Assembly: GCA_017499595.2 (NCBI GenBank)
Contig: CM039000.1
Location: 2,294,001-2,358,000 of the forward strand
DNA from: Psilocybe cubensis
Taxonomy: Eukaryota
Direction: 5' to 3'
Length of the DNA stretch: 64,000 bases
This document shows, piece after piece, positions 26,830 through 39,791 of the stretch. Positions within the stretch are counted from its first letter, which is position 1. Each line of letters starts with the position of its first letter. The notes beneath the pieces are model-generated. The model ran no database searches, had not been told where the DNA came from, and saw only the letters and a program-made list of their open reading frames with translations. Both the position numbers and the translations under genes were made by a program.

Positions 26830-27161
26830 ATTCTTGTTAGCAGTGCTGTTAATCGCTGGTGGTTTCGAAGAAGAGCTGGTGGTGCTTAATGCCCTGTAAA
26901 CCTATTGAAACAAAAGGCAAAAGGATGACGATTGTCAACAACGCAATACGACGGTAAACATCCAAATACGCCCAACGCACCTGCGAAAGCCGAAGACTAG
27001 GGGACGCAATCTTTCCTGCAACAGACGTATAGCCCCGCGAGCAAGCGGCGGATCCAGAGAACGAAGGGGAAGAATAGGAGAAAGAGAGACAACGCGGTCT
27101 GCTGGTTAATAAAGCCCGGAACGCCAGATCTAAATCAGCACAGTCAGCAAAGCAGTCCTCG

Positions 27162-27169
27162 TATTTATA
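27162..27169 (-). promoter_or_regulatory. TATA box of GLR1
   Basis: TATAAATA on the minus strand, about 35 nt upstream of the AUG-free presequence-coding exon. Confidence 0.5.
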
Positions 27170-27720
27170 ATAAACCAAATACTCGTGCACCCACCTGCAA
27201 CTGATCACGGAAACTTTTCCTGTAGAAAGGGAGGTATTATACTTATACAAGCCTTGAATTGAGTGCGTGATCAGCCTATCAAAGGTACTAGAAACAAAAA
27301 GCTCTGCTCAATCACATTTTCAGGTCAAGATAAAGCATAGAAAGCACGCACCGAGTATGGCGCAACCGTGTCGTCACTTTGCTGAACAGAGAAACGAATT
27401 CCTGCAGAGCCTTGTAGTCAGCAACCTATCAAAGTGACTAAAAAAAGTCGCGATGGTCACGTGTATTTAATTTATATTTGGCGCGTGGCAAATCGACTTG
27501 GCTCATGTAGACCGTACTTGCCCGCTCAACTTGAAATCACGCAAAGTATTATTATCGCGAGAGAAAGGATGTGATTGAATAAATTGATCAGCGTGCTAGA
27601 AATATAATAAGATGACGACGAGGAAGGAAAAGAAAAAATGTGATGAAAAGATACAGAGTAGTGAACTTGTAGAGTATGACAGAGTGGTGAGGAAGAAACA
27701 CAATTGAGACAAAAAAAAAT

Positions 27721-27738
27721 GATGATGATGATGATGAT
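27721..27738. repeat. (GAT)6 microsatellite next to a poly-A run
   Basis: gatgatgatgatgatgat, in the probable 3'UTR of the 28355-30304 gene. Confidence 0.9.
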
Positions 27739-28354
27739 AAAAAAGTGATGATTTGAAACATGCAAGCACCGAAACTGGGGAAAAAATGGGTATAACACAA
27801 GACTAATCACCCAGAAGAAAGAAAAAAGACCAAGAAGTAATCAACCTCGACCAGGCTCAGTCATAACTCTACAGATAAAATAAAATCTGTTGGTATGCGG
27901 GAAAAGGAACGAAGATGGACGTGCAAATAATGGAAACGAAGAGGCAAATAACGACGACGTGCATGCAGATAGCAAAGGCAGAGGTATGACGATGATGATT
28001 GACAAAAGAGACCTATATACAAGGGGAAAAAAGATAAATATTTGAAAGAACAAGAATTAAAAGGACGCACTCGACGGACAAACTCTAGTGTGGGCGAATC
28101 AGGGGAATGAACGAATGGGATTAAAGTTAAGGCAATGGATCAAAAAACAAGCGCGGAATCAAAATAGTCGTTCGCCAACAGATTAGCTTCCGTGTGGGGA
28201 ACTTGGCGCACGAGGCAAACCAGTGGAAAGAGTGGTGTTCATCGCACACAACGGTGGAAATTGAGCGGTCGAATGATGGCCTCTTGTCAAGTCTTGCTCG
28301 CGTTTCCGTTCCGTGAGCTTCTTCGACCAGATAAAACGCCTCATGGTGCCTGGT

Positions 28355-30304
28355 CTACTCTTTATGACGACTGACTTTTTCCACACCTGCTCCCAACGCT
28401 GTCTTTCTGCCCTCTTCTTCTTCCGCCTCTTCATCTTCCTCGTTTTCATCTCCACCATCGTCTGCATCCTCGTCCTCTTCCGAGTCTTCGTCGCTTCCAG
28501 AGGTAGACAGAGACGAGAGACTCTCTCTCTTGCTATCGTGATGTACTCCATCCTTCTCAGCAACGGCAGCCTCGGCGCCATCAGGTACGACTGCCGTATC
28601 GTCAGTAGCGGCAGCTAGAAGCTCCTTTGACCCTGCAGCCGACTTGATTCCAGAACCCGACATACTCCTTCCATGACGATGCGACGAAGAATGATGAAGG
28701 TGACGAGGTCTCATGAGGACGGGAACGACGACGGGAGTATGTTCCCTCTCCTTTTCCTGTTCTGGCTCATCCGTAACAAGAGCACCGCCAAACACGAATC
28801 CTTCTTTCATCTCGCCAACAACCTGGTTCATTTCCTCCGGTTTCTGCTCCTCAGGATTCGATGAAGACGGCTCTGCAGCGGGAACCTCACTGTCCTTCTC
28901 GGATGTGTTTGCTTCCATAGTCGACATGCGCGTGGGCGTCGGGGTACTCATCTTACTCTCTGTCACTTCTTCCTCGACTGATCGTTTCGCCTGCTCCTGC
29001 TCCTTCTCTCTCGCCGCCTTTTCTTCTTCTTCCCTCTTCTTCCTTTCTCTCTCTTCTCTTCTTCTCTTTACCCATCCCATCCCGCTTCCATCGTCGTCAT
29101 CCGCCATCGCCGAAGAGGTAGAAACAGCGACACCGCCGACACCCTGCTTCGGAGCGCGTCCATTCATGCCTGCTCCACCATGGAGCCTCTCCCAATTGAC
29201 AGCGCTGGTTCCAGCCATACCGGCGCTCTTGGCACCTTTTACGGAGCCCATGCCGCCGTATCCCCACTCAACAAACTCATCCTCGTCATCGCGCGCATTG
29301 GCAAATGGATTAGGGTTGGTGGCAGGGCGTTTGGAGCCGTAGACCCGGCCATTGAGCATGCGAGTACCTTTATGGCGACTGGCTGCAGGCTGGGAAGCCG
29401 ACTTTGGCTCTGAAGCGAGGGAAGAGGGCTGTTTTGATTTTGACTTGTAGCTTTGAGTGCTCTGTGTTCTGGCGAGGGGACTTGAACCGCTGAGGATGGG
29501 AGCAGACTTGTCGGAGCCGTTGGCAGAGGTCCAGCGGGAGAGACCAAGACCCCAACCGGAGCTTGTAGCTGTAGATGCGGTGTCTGTAGATTCGCGGGAG
29601 GAAGTGCGAAAGAGATTTATGGCGCCTAGGGTAAGAATTTCTTCCTTTGAAAGGGCGAGGGCTTTGCGTGCGGTGTGTGAGTGACCATGGCCCTGGCTGG
29701 CCTCTATTGAGGGGGTGGGTGTGAGAGAATGGGAACTAGAGCCAGAAGAGGATGTTGAAGAGCGCTTAAAAGGACGAAGAAGAGATAGATTGCGGGGCTT
29801 GGGCCATGAAGAGGGAGGATTGTGGGCGGTGAGAAGGGGCGGGGAGCACTTTGTGGTGCTCGAGGGGAGAGCGGAGTGGGCAGTTACAGGGGACGAAGTG
29901 ACGCTTGAGAGCGGGGATGCGTCGCTTGGGGTGGTTGTGCGTGGTGTGGAGGTGGAGGAAGCAGAAGTAGATGATGAGGAGGAGAGATAGGAATTTGTAG
30001 ATGAGGCGCTGCTGTTCTCGCGCTCGTCGCTGGTGTCGGTGCGGATGTCGTGTGTGCGGGGGGAGGGGCTGGCAGGGGGAGAGAGGACGAGAGAGGCGGG
30101 GATGTGGTTGAGATCGTGGTCGTGGGGGATGGCTATTGGGAGCTCGTCGCCGTCGTCGGTGATGAGGACAGCGCGACGGGGGTCGGGGAGGGGAGCGAAG
30201 CGGATGGAACGACGGGGGTGGCTGGCGGGGACGGTGGTCGCTGTTGCGGGCGGCGAGCTGGAGGGGGAGGGCAGGGAGCTGTGGAGGAGAATGCCAGTAG
30301 CCAT
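28355..30304 (-). CDS. Large, mostly disordered Ser-rich protein of unknown function
   Basis: Intronless ORF of about 650 aa; strong start context accaccATGG at 30304; conserved-looking islands 'RRSIRFAPLP', 'RMLNGRVYG', 'EFVEWGYGGMGSVK', 'DDDDGSGMGWVKRRREERE', 'RKTALGAGVEKVSRH'. Confidence 0.85.
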   Translation of the reverse strand: MATGILLHSSLPSPSSSPPATATTVPASHPRRSIRFAPLPDPRRAVLITDDGDELPIAIPHDHDLNHIPASLVLSPPASPSPRTHDIRTDTSDERENSSASSTNSYLSSSSSTSASSTSTPRTTTPSDASPLSSVTSSPVTAHSALPSSTTKCSPPLLTAHNPPSSWPKPRNLSLLRPFKRSSTSSSGSSSHSLTPTPSIEASQGHGHSHTARKALALSKEEILTLGAINLFRTSSRESTDTASTATSSGWGLGLSRWTSANGSDKSAPILSGSSPLARTQSTQSYKSKSKQPSSLASEPKSASQPAASRHKGTRMLNGRVYGSKRPATNPNPFANARDDEDEFVEWGYGGMGSVKGAKSAGMAGTSAVNWERLHGGAGMNGRAPKQGVGGVAVSTSSAMADDDDGSGMGWVKRRREERERKKREEEEKAAREKEQEQAKRSVEEEVTESKMSTPTPTRMSTMEANTSEKDSEVPAAEPSSSNPEEQKPEEMNQVVGEMKEGFVFGGALVTDEPEQEKEREHTPVVVPVLMRPRHLHHSSSHRHGRSMSGSGIKSAAGSKELLAAATDDTAVVPDGAEAAVAEKDGVHHDSKRESLSSLSTSGSDEDSEEDEDADDGGDENEEDEEAEEEEGRKTALGAGVEKVSRHKE

Positions 30305-33300
30305 GGTGGTAAGAGGCAAAGACTGAATCCTTTCAGAGTTTTCTATGAGCGACATCGCCTTTACAACTTGGCAGAGTTGCGCTGCCCGGGGTCTCACTCC
30401 ACACGTGCTCCCGATCTGGTAAATCTCAGATTCGCCCCCCCAGACCCCCCCTTTGACTCCCCGTTCCTGTTCCTCCTCCTCTGCTTACCTCAGCCTCTTA
30501 CAACGTCATCCCGACTAGGCGCGCATTCATTCACAACTCTTTCTCGTCTACGAATCCTCCCGGCATACTTTTATCCTCATTACTGTTGCACTACATCCTA
30601 AATGGAGCTGTCTTCTCGCAAGATCATGATCATGATTCCAGTCAGCTTTCTTCCCCGGGAAGCCAACGTCTAATTCCCCTTCTAAAGCCCAAGTGGATAT
30701 GTTTTCTTGATATGTCCGCGTCCATAAAGCCTCCATCAATTCCGGAATTTGCCAGCAGTACACCAGTCCGACTCATTCCGCAAGGAGATTTATATAAACC
30801 TCGAGCACACTCATCTTCCAATCATATCATGCACGCTCGCACAACAGTATAACGGCATTTACCATTTGATAAGATACCCATGTCTCTTCTCAATTACACC
30901 TCAAATGAGCTGTTGTAACACGCTCTGGGCGGTGCGCAATGGCTTATCGGTGCGAATCACCATCTCGTTTGCTCCATCAACTCGCACAAAGCAACACTTA
31001 TCTGCCAGTCGTAGCTGCCAAGCTCGCGCTTTCCGTCCTGCAATAAAGAGCTCCTAGCTCCAATTTTTCCTGCAGGGTTTACAACACCCACGTTCGGAAA
31101 AACCGCGGTTATTAACAATATGGGAGTACATGACTGTACGTACGTATATTGATATCATTTCTAGGTTGGCGAGCGTGCGTTTTTGTCTTCCGTCGTTACG
31201 AGATCATGCTCACCTTCATTTAATAGCTAGCTTCACGATAACGAAGAACAGTCGAGGTGCGAGTTAAAAGGTCTGGATCTATCCACTGACTTTACATACC
31301 AGGTGGGTATTGAATACACGATTTTGCAGACATATTCTTTCTGCCATCGGAACCTTATTTCCTGGAGTCGATTCCCGCCGCATTGGCCTTGACAATGGCA
31401 TTTCGGGAGACGAGGTCCGGGGGCGTTTCAAAAAATGGTTCAACACCCCAGAATGTAAACCTACATTTGCCACTATTATCTGCGATTACTAATAACAAAC
31501 TTTGCCTCACCGGAGATTAGCCTGAAAGAGTGTCAATCAATGTAAGTGCTATTTTACATGTAAATAGTCAAAGCTAGTTCGAGTGCTAAAGACGTATTGT
31601 GCGCAGAAAGAGACTTGTAGAATCGTGATGTGATTGCGCGCGTTATTCAAAGACAATACACCCAACTGCCTACGGTTACTTTCTCAGCGCTAGTGACTTC
31701 TTTGATGTTGCGGCAAACTGAAAGCATCTTTTATTATCATGCCGAACTGTTGGCGCTAGTGCTCGTACTGACCATGCCAGTTGCTTCTAGTTGACCTGGG
31801 CGATACCGCAGGGCGCATCCGGCTGCCCCGCCATACTATGACGCTTTATTGATGATGATTCTCATGCTGATGAAGAACAAAAGGTCAAAATAGATCAGGA
31901 TTGCTCAATGCAACAGCCAATGAAACACTGTCTCCGAGGTTTTAAGTGGATATCAGCACTCTGACCTATATACGGTCAATATTGTGGGGCGCGCATTTGC
32001 GACCCGTGCATGCGCGTACGCGAAACATGTCTAAACACTTGGCGGGCGCTCCCGGTTTCGGAGGACACGCGATTCGTCTTTCGAGTGCTGTCATCGCACC
32101 TGGGCCTCCTCCGCGCTATTCGTCCACCCGGCTGGATTATATGCGAAGTGTACATACAGCGACGCATGTGCGACTCGGACGCCCGCTGCCACCCGATTTT
32201 ATATTTTAAAAAGACACCAGGTATAATCACCCCTGCCGTGATGTACCGCTGGACGCAAATCTGCTGAACAAATTTACCTGCAACGGTGATGCTGCGTTGC
32301 GATGCCCGCCATCAACTGTTAGATGCTTTCTTTAGATGCTCGGAGATGCACGACCGTGGATTTTTTCGAAAGAAGGTGTGGACTGGCAAGTAGGATCAAC
32401 CTCTTTCCATTGCTGTTAGTACATTATGAGGCGTCACTACGGCGGACATCGGTGAGCATCCATTATTACGAACGCTGGACTAATAAATCTATTAACATTC
32501 CAAATTTGCCAGCAATTGTAGTACCCGAAGATACGACAGTGTCGGAGGTCCACTTTTCTGGCCCTGCTGGTTCTATCAACAAAATGTATACCTATTTTCG
32601 TCGAGGGCCGTATAAATAGCCCTCTTGTCGATAGTACCCGTGGGGAATATCGCGCTAATTTTATCTTTAGCACACGATGATTGAAAGGGACCTTCGTTCG
32701 CCATACCTGCCGGTAGCGGTCTACCTGCGCAGCAGTTGGAGCGAGTAGGGATTTTCGTCGCACCAGTAATGCTGCCGCGTTCTTTTTTTCGCCCCCCACT
32801 TGCTTCTTCTTTACAGTGCACACGCCGGTACCGGTTTTGTTTTTGCTAGGATGATGACGGAGATCATGGTGATATTAAACTCCTGAATGCGATATTAATA
32901 GTAATTTTGTTCACGTTTTAAAGGGTTCCGTGTTGTGCAGTTGATTGTTGAAGAGCAACGTGCACTCTTCGCGGGAAGATCCTCTCTCTGACACATCTAT
33001 TTGTATCGACGTCAATAGCTGCGTTGATCGATAAGACATACACTAGTACGTTAATTATTACCACAAAAAGGTCAATTTTGTGACACATATGTATCCAGAT
33101 CAGTCATGTATAGTTTCATGTAATTAGTGCGCTAAAGAGGGATTTCTCTGTTTGTTGACTTTGGGCGCTAAACTTGGAGCCTATTGACGGCGGGCAATGG
33201 CGGAGCCGACACTGGCCGACCACCCGCTATGCTACCTTGGCTCAACGCCCACTGGCACCCATGAGGACAAATGCAGATTAGACTCCCTCTGATTAAGATA

Positions 33301-36300
33301 GGCTTGTCGATCACTTGCATTTTGGTATATGGTCAATTTCAAGCTACATATTTGAATAAAAGCAATAACAGGATTGAATTTGAAAAAAAATAAAACGCGT
33401 AGCTGGATTTTGCCGTGCGTGGGTTGCTCCTGATTTCTGCATGATTGAAAAGTTTGAACCCTCGTTTTTGATATATGTATGTGTTGTATATAGCGACGAT
33501 GGTCCGTGGGTGGCAAGGGGCTACAAGGGGGCGCAATTATTTGTCCAACGGAACTTACCCTTTACGGTTCATTTGGGCGACTGTAGGACTGTGCTTTTCA
33601 TTGGGAAATGCAAAGCGACTTTCGCACTGGTTATAATCGTGATCTGACTGCGGCCTCATCACTTTTCCAATAACGTCCGCCAAGACCCACAAATGAATGT
33701 TGAATGAAAAAAAACATGTTCGATATATCAGGTTACTTCTTGTGCTAATAAGGATAACAAAACGGAGTCAATGCAGGCCTCCGAGTAGTGAAGACTTTAT
33801 CATCGTTGGTATAATTCTACTCTAGAGCGACGTTCAGAGTGAGGAACGCTCTGAGGCGAGAACAATCACGGCGAATGTTGTGAATGCCGGTTTCCTCATG
33901 CTCATGTGCAATTTCTTCTGCATGTGGTCCCCAAAATTTCAGCAAGCGCTTGTCCTTGCCCTTCCTTGCCTCGAGGCGTCGCTTACAATAGCGTCGGACA
34001 CCTCAGGACACCCTACTCACAATCATCAGCAGGGGCGTATCGCTGTGTATTTCAATTGCATGGCGCTACTTATTTCAAGTTTGCTTTCTAAAATCAACTT
34101 GTGTTTTATACACTTTCAATTATACTTGTGAAAATTCATCTAGATGACTTTGAGGCGCGGCTGTTTGAAAAGGGTTACTGGCTGTTACTGGTTTCATGCG
34201 GTTATTGTTCCGTTTGCGGTATGTTGCTAATGCAACCCGACAATTTTATTGAGCGCGATTGTTCTTGACGACTCTCGCCAGATACAGCTCCCGCCGACGG
34301 CGGTTTTTCTAATGTCCTCGCTCTCTCTGGGCAATCGTAAAAACATGTGGACCACTCTGATTGGAAATGACCGAATATTGCGGCGGGGGGCCAAGGAAAG
34401 CGTGGAAAGAGGTATTCGGTGATGGCCAGTTCAATAAAGCTCCGCATCCCCTTTGCGTATTTCTCGCGGGAGTAAAAATTTGTTCGAGAATCGAGCGTTG
34501 ACGATCTCGATTCTCGTCTATCGTTGGAAAACATATGAGCACAAAGACCCGATGATACCCCCCTCCCCTAAAAAACCTTTTTCGAATTTTATTCCGAATA
34601 TGATCAATTGAGGGCAATTTACACCGTCTGCGGCGATGCACAAAAGCAAAATTGAAAAGTATACTCCCTTTCTTTTCTGACAGGTGGGTGTATCCTGCCA
34701 ACTTGTCCACAGTAGGGAATAGTAGAGGATACCTCACTATACCACTCTCTCAAAACTCGGGAATGTTTAGATTATATATACCCAAAGAGCCGATAATTCT
34801 GCAAAACCTGGTTGCTAACCCCTGTTGCATCATACACATCCTTGATAAGGACAAGCGAGATGCACGGAATTGTCTGGTAATGTTAATTATAGTACAATAA
34901 TATCATACACGTTGATCCCAAGGTGAGGTTGTGTACAATTTCTCTCCTTTTATCACGGCGTTCCGACTCAAGGGATCCTTCGGAAATCTACGGGACACAG
35001 GTTGCGTAATTGAAAAATTTTGACTTGGCTAAATCAAGGTATTATAGTATTCTGTGTCGTTCAGAGGAGAGTTTTGGGTTATAACAACTAAAGTAATCAG
35101 TGAGTTACGTCTGATCTTTGGTTTGTGAAGCATAACTTTCGGAAGGTAGCAAGCTAACTCACTGCACAGAAGTCCAATACATAACATGAATTTCAGTTCA
35201 AATAACCTCACTTGCGCCTACGGCAATCCTCGGTAATTCTGAGATAGTCGGAACGCACAAGGCCGATTTGTCCTCTATGAGTGAGAACAACTCTCCTATT
35301 GACAAAGCTGGAAATTTTTCGGAACAAACACGCTGCGGAGTCTTTTTGGAGCAGCATCTTCAGCCAGGAAGTATGCTTCATGACTGCCAAAAGATTGAAC
35401 CATAAACACACCAAATGTGGTGCTACTCTGCATGATGTCCGGCAGGGAAATTTTACATTACTTGCCCGCGTATTGTGGACTTGAAAGCTCAAATCATGAT
35501 TTACATTGACTATGCCTTGAAAGTTGATGCTAATTTCGGCTCACAAATCTCTTTAGCATCATATCTTGACAGCAAGTAATTACCATTGGGTTGTTCCCGG
35601 ACATATTACATACAGGTTCAAAAAGCCTCCCATCATGGACATTGGCGTCATCTCAATAGTTATCGATCTTTTTCTAGTTTCTTCTAGCTTGAATCTAAAT
35701 TTAATGTCCATAATCCACCCTGAGTTCAGTGGCTATAATTAAGCAGTCCGACTGCGTCAAGCCTTCTCTTATTTAAAGATGCAGTGAATGTACGAGAGAA
35801 CTTGTATTTATAACAGGATATTATACCTATTTAGTATAAGTCAACTAAAGCTTTCGGCGACGACAATTTTACGCGGTTGTTCAATTCCAAGGCATTTTTG
35901 CGACGATGTGTGTAGCACACTAAAAATAAACTTGGGCCATGTTTATAAATAACACTCCCCGGGATTCGTCTTCGAGAACTCCTGATTTAGACGATCAGAT
36001 TAGTGACTAGGATAGGGTGAAGACGATACCCCGAACACCCTTGCTGCTCTCACTAGAATCCTCTCGCCAACTTCTCAAATAGCCCTAGCTCCCTGGATCC
36101 CCGCGCTACTAGCTGCGCGCGCCATGGCCAACGGTGAGGTAGTGTTCACTATGCTCGACGTCAAGAAGACATTGCGTAAATGTCTAGGGGGTCTAAGGAC
36201 GGCTTGAATGTTTTCATGGGGGATCCTGAAGTTTGGATGGCTCATTCATAACCGCTGGTTCAATGAAAGATTTGAAGTGCCCGTCGCCATTATCATAGAC

Positions 36301-36776
36301 ATACTGGTATTCAGGAGTCGGGATATCTCAATGGTGATCTTCCGACAGATCGGTTCTCGCCCACTCATCGAGTTCCTCTACTCACTGCAAGCCTAGGCAT
36401 GGAGTACATTGTGTTGCATCATTGGAATACTGATAACCCTGTCCACCTGCTACCGTACAGTTGACAGTGTTGATTGCTGCAAAGCAAAGGAGAGTCGATC
36501 GAGCCATGCGTCGAACTGTAGATTACTTCTGTGAGGGTCATGCGATACAGCTTTTGCCCACTCCATAATTCTCCGTTATTTAATTTGGGGACACTAGTTA
36601 CCATAATCGATCGTTGCTTGAGATAACAGGCAATGGAAGTCGTGTTTACTCCGCGACTTAGTTCAACTTGAGGTAGGAGAGCTCCGACGATGCAACAGGA
36701 GTGCTAATAAATCAATTCAAAAGCTACAGCGAAAGCGTACAAATACATATCATATCGATTTATTCTACGTACCCAC

Positions 36777-39444
36777 TCAATATGCCACTCGGCTCGTAAG
36801 GCCGTCCATCTCACGCTCGTAGCAGCGATGCTTGCTGATTTGGTAGGCAAAGTTTGACACAAAGCCCTTAGGACTAGGAGCTATCTCCAATGCATCGACA
36901 ACCGCAGAGCTGACGTCGTATTTTCCAGTCGTCACGACTCCATATGAGGATACAACGTCGTCTACTCCAGAGTTGGCAAAGTTAACTTCAGGAAGGTTGA
37001 GAGCTTGCTTGACGACGTCAACAGCTACAAGCAATAAGTTAACGCGAACTCAAAATGTGTTCCTAATGAAGATAACTCACCATCACCAATTGCACCAATA
37101 GCCTTGCAGTGACCGAACGCTTCGCGAATCCAATGCACCGCACGTCCATTACTCGCAAGGTTTTTTGCATGCTCCGATCCAGAGGGTATGTAAATTGCGT
37201 CAAACATCGTCGACCGTTGTCCTTCGAAATGATGATCTGCAACAATTCCTGACCCCGAGATGATATGTCCACCCTCGGAATGAATTTTGGCACGTCGAGG
37301 GCCAATGATCCATGTTGTAGCTTTGGCACTCGCCAGCGCAGCGCGAACTCCTTCGACTTCGGTAAGATTAAAACCGTCAGTGATAAGCACAGCGATTCTT
37401 CTGGAAGCAATGGTAGGCGTCTTAGGTGCGTAATAAAGCTGAGACAACGTTTGATCTTTATGTCCATGATTGATGCGGACTGGTTTGTCGGGTACAGGAC
37501 CATTCACGTTCTTGGCCACAGTGACTGCAAGGTCGAAATCGATGTTGTTCAAAACATTGATATAACCATCATAAACACGTTGATCGTCACAATGGCTCAA
37601 TTCAAATGAGAACGCTGCGATGACGTGGTTCTTCTCGTGTTGGCTGAGAGAATTGTAAAAAAGTTGGGCTTGACTGAAGTGCTCTTGGAATTTGGGCGTT
37701 CTGATTCGACGCTTGATACCTTCAACCTTTTGTGCATGTCTTTGAATGGCAAATATTACAACAAGATGACTAGGGAAGAAGTAGTGATAACTCACTCAAT
37801 ATAACCTCCATGCGAAGGAGGTACCGGGTGCCCGACATTGTCACGATTAGGGAAGTAATTGATAGATCCCGGGTTAATACGATGTTGACGAGCACCGTCA
37901 CGGTGGTGATTCATGACGGGACAGACAGGACGATTTATCGGAATCTAGAAGGCAACTCTCAATTCAAATTATCGAGCAGGTGTTAGAAAGATAATTTACC
38001 TGTTCCCAGTTTATACCAAGCCTAGTAATTTGGGTGTCGAAATAGGAGAAGTTCCGACCTTGTAACAGAGGATCGTCACTAAAACCGATACCAGGCACTA
38101 CGTGGCTAGTACAGAAGGCAACTTGTTCGACTTCCGAGAAATATTCGTCAACCACCCGGTCGAGAGTAAATTCACCAATCTGATGAATGGGGACGAGATA
38201 CTCAGGCCATACTTTAGTAGCATCAAGAATATCAAAATCGAATGAGTGTTCATCCTTTTCTTCGATAACTTGAATTCCGAAAGTCCATTTAGGATAGCAA
38301 CCATTTTCAATAGCCTCTTGAAGGTCCTTGCGATGGAAGTCTGCCATAATAGAGTGAGGCACTGTTCATAAAGCAATCAATTTACATACCGGGATCCTGA
38401 CCAGCAAGTTTCAATGCCTCATCCCACATCAAACTATGCACTCCAAGCTGAGGGGTCATGATAAATTTAACGAAAACTCGCTTTCCTTCCGCATTGATGA
38501 GGGTGAAAGTGTTGACGCCAAAACCTTGCATCATTCTGTAGGAACGTGGGATACCTGTAATCACGTTAGAATCAAAACCAAACAATCATCACAATAGATA
38601 CCTCTGTCTGACATGGCCCACATTACCATATGAGCCGCTGGAATCAAGGCATTAGAAACCAAGTTCTTATTGCGAAAGAGGCATGCAATGAACTGACATT
38701 CTGGTTGAAGGCCAACAAAATCCCAAAAGTTATTATGGGCAGTTTGTCCCTGAGGAACTTCGTTATGTGGCTCAGGCTTTACAGCGTGGACGAAGTCTGG
38801 AAATTTGATTGCATTTTGGATGAAGAAAACAGGGATGTCGTTTCCCACAAGATCCCAATTTCCTTCATCGGTGTAGAACTTCATCGCGAAACCACGAACA
38901 TCACGAACGGTGTCCTAGAAGACAAAAGTTCAGGATCTTGCGAAACATGAATATATGCTACTGACCGCGCTGCCACGCGAACCTTGGACGGTACTGAATC
39001 GAATAAATATGGGGGTAGTGCGACTTGGGTCGGTCAGGACGGGTGCAAACGTCCATTTCGAAGCAGTATTGTCGTAAACTCGGAAGTGCCCATGAGCACC
39101 AGCTCCGCGTGCATGCACTACGCGTTCAGGTATACGTTCATGATCAAACCGGTGGATTTTTTCTCTCGCAATATGGTCCTCGAGTAAAAATGGCCCCTGG
39201 GTACCATTCTCGCCCTGAACGGACAACCTGGATGCATCGCAGGAGCTGAGTTAACCCAGTGATCATGTAACATTGCTATATGTACCCACCAGTTGTCGGT
39301 GTCGGATATTTTGGAACCGAAGTCAGTCGTCAATCCCGAAGAGCTCGAGATGTTTACATGATCTCTTTTGAGATCTTTTATCTTTGCATTGTCGGTGACA
39401 TGAGCCATTGCATGTCTGACTGCTGATCCAATTGAAGAAGACAT
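36777..39444 (-). CDS. Large-subunit monofunctional heme catalase with C-terminal DJ-1/flavodoxin-like domain
   Basis: '[17 protein letters not shown]' (distal His), '[11 protein letters not shown]', 'EGNWDLVGN', '[15 protein letters not shown]' (proximal Tyr), C-terminal '[11 protein letters not shown]...FDAIYIP...[10 protein letters not shown]'. Confidence 0.97.
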
Positions 39445-39791
39445 AGGTCGAAGATGGTGACAAGAAAAATAAATAAAAGCAAGTGCCCAGCAGAAGCGTT
39501 AGATTAAATACATTCTCGTGTATTGCGGAAGAATTCATTAGCGTCAGCTGTGACGTTTTCTGCCCACAGATCGTGGACTTTGAGCAAAACTAAAGAAGAC
39601 AAGAATTGGAAATGAGCAAACTGCTTGCTCAGAGTCTGGCGTCATAGGTGCGATCATGTGATTCAAAGTTGGAGCGCGTCCCATCGACAGGGGCCTCAGC
39701 CTATCGAAAGCCAGCAAATGGAGTAGTATTTAGAAAATAGTCTCATTTATCTCCACAGGCCTTCGATTGCCTATAGACAAGTACAATAATT

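Noticed and set aside
25008-39444. Glutathione reductase plus catalase as an oxidative-stress cluster
   Set aside because: About 10 kb apart with an unrelated gene between them; no shared promoter.
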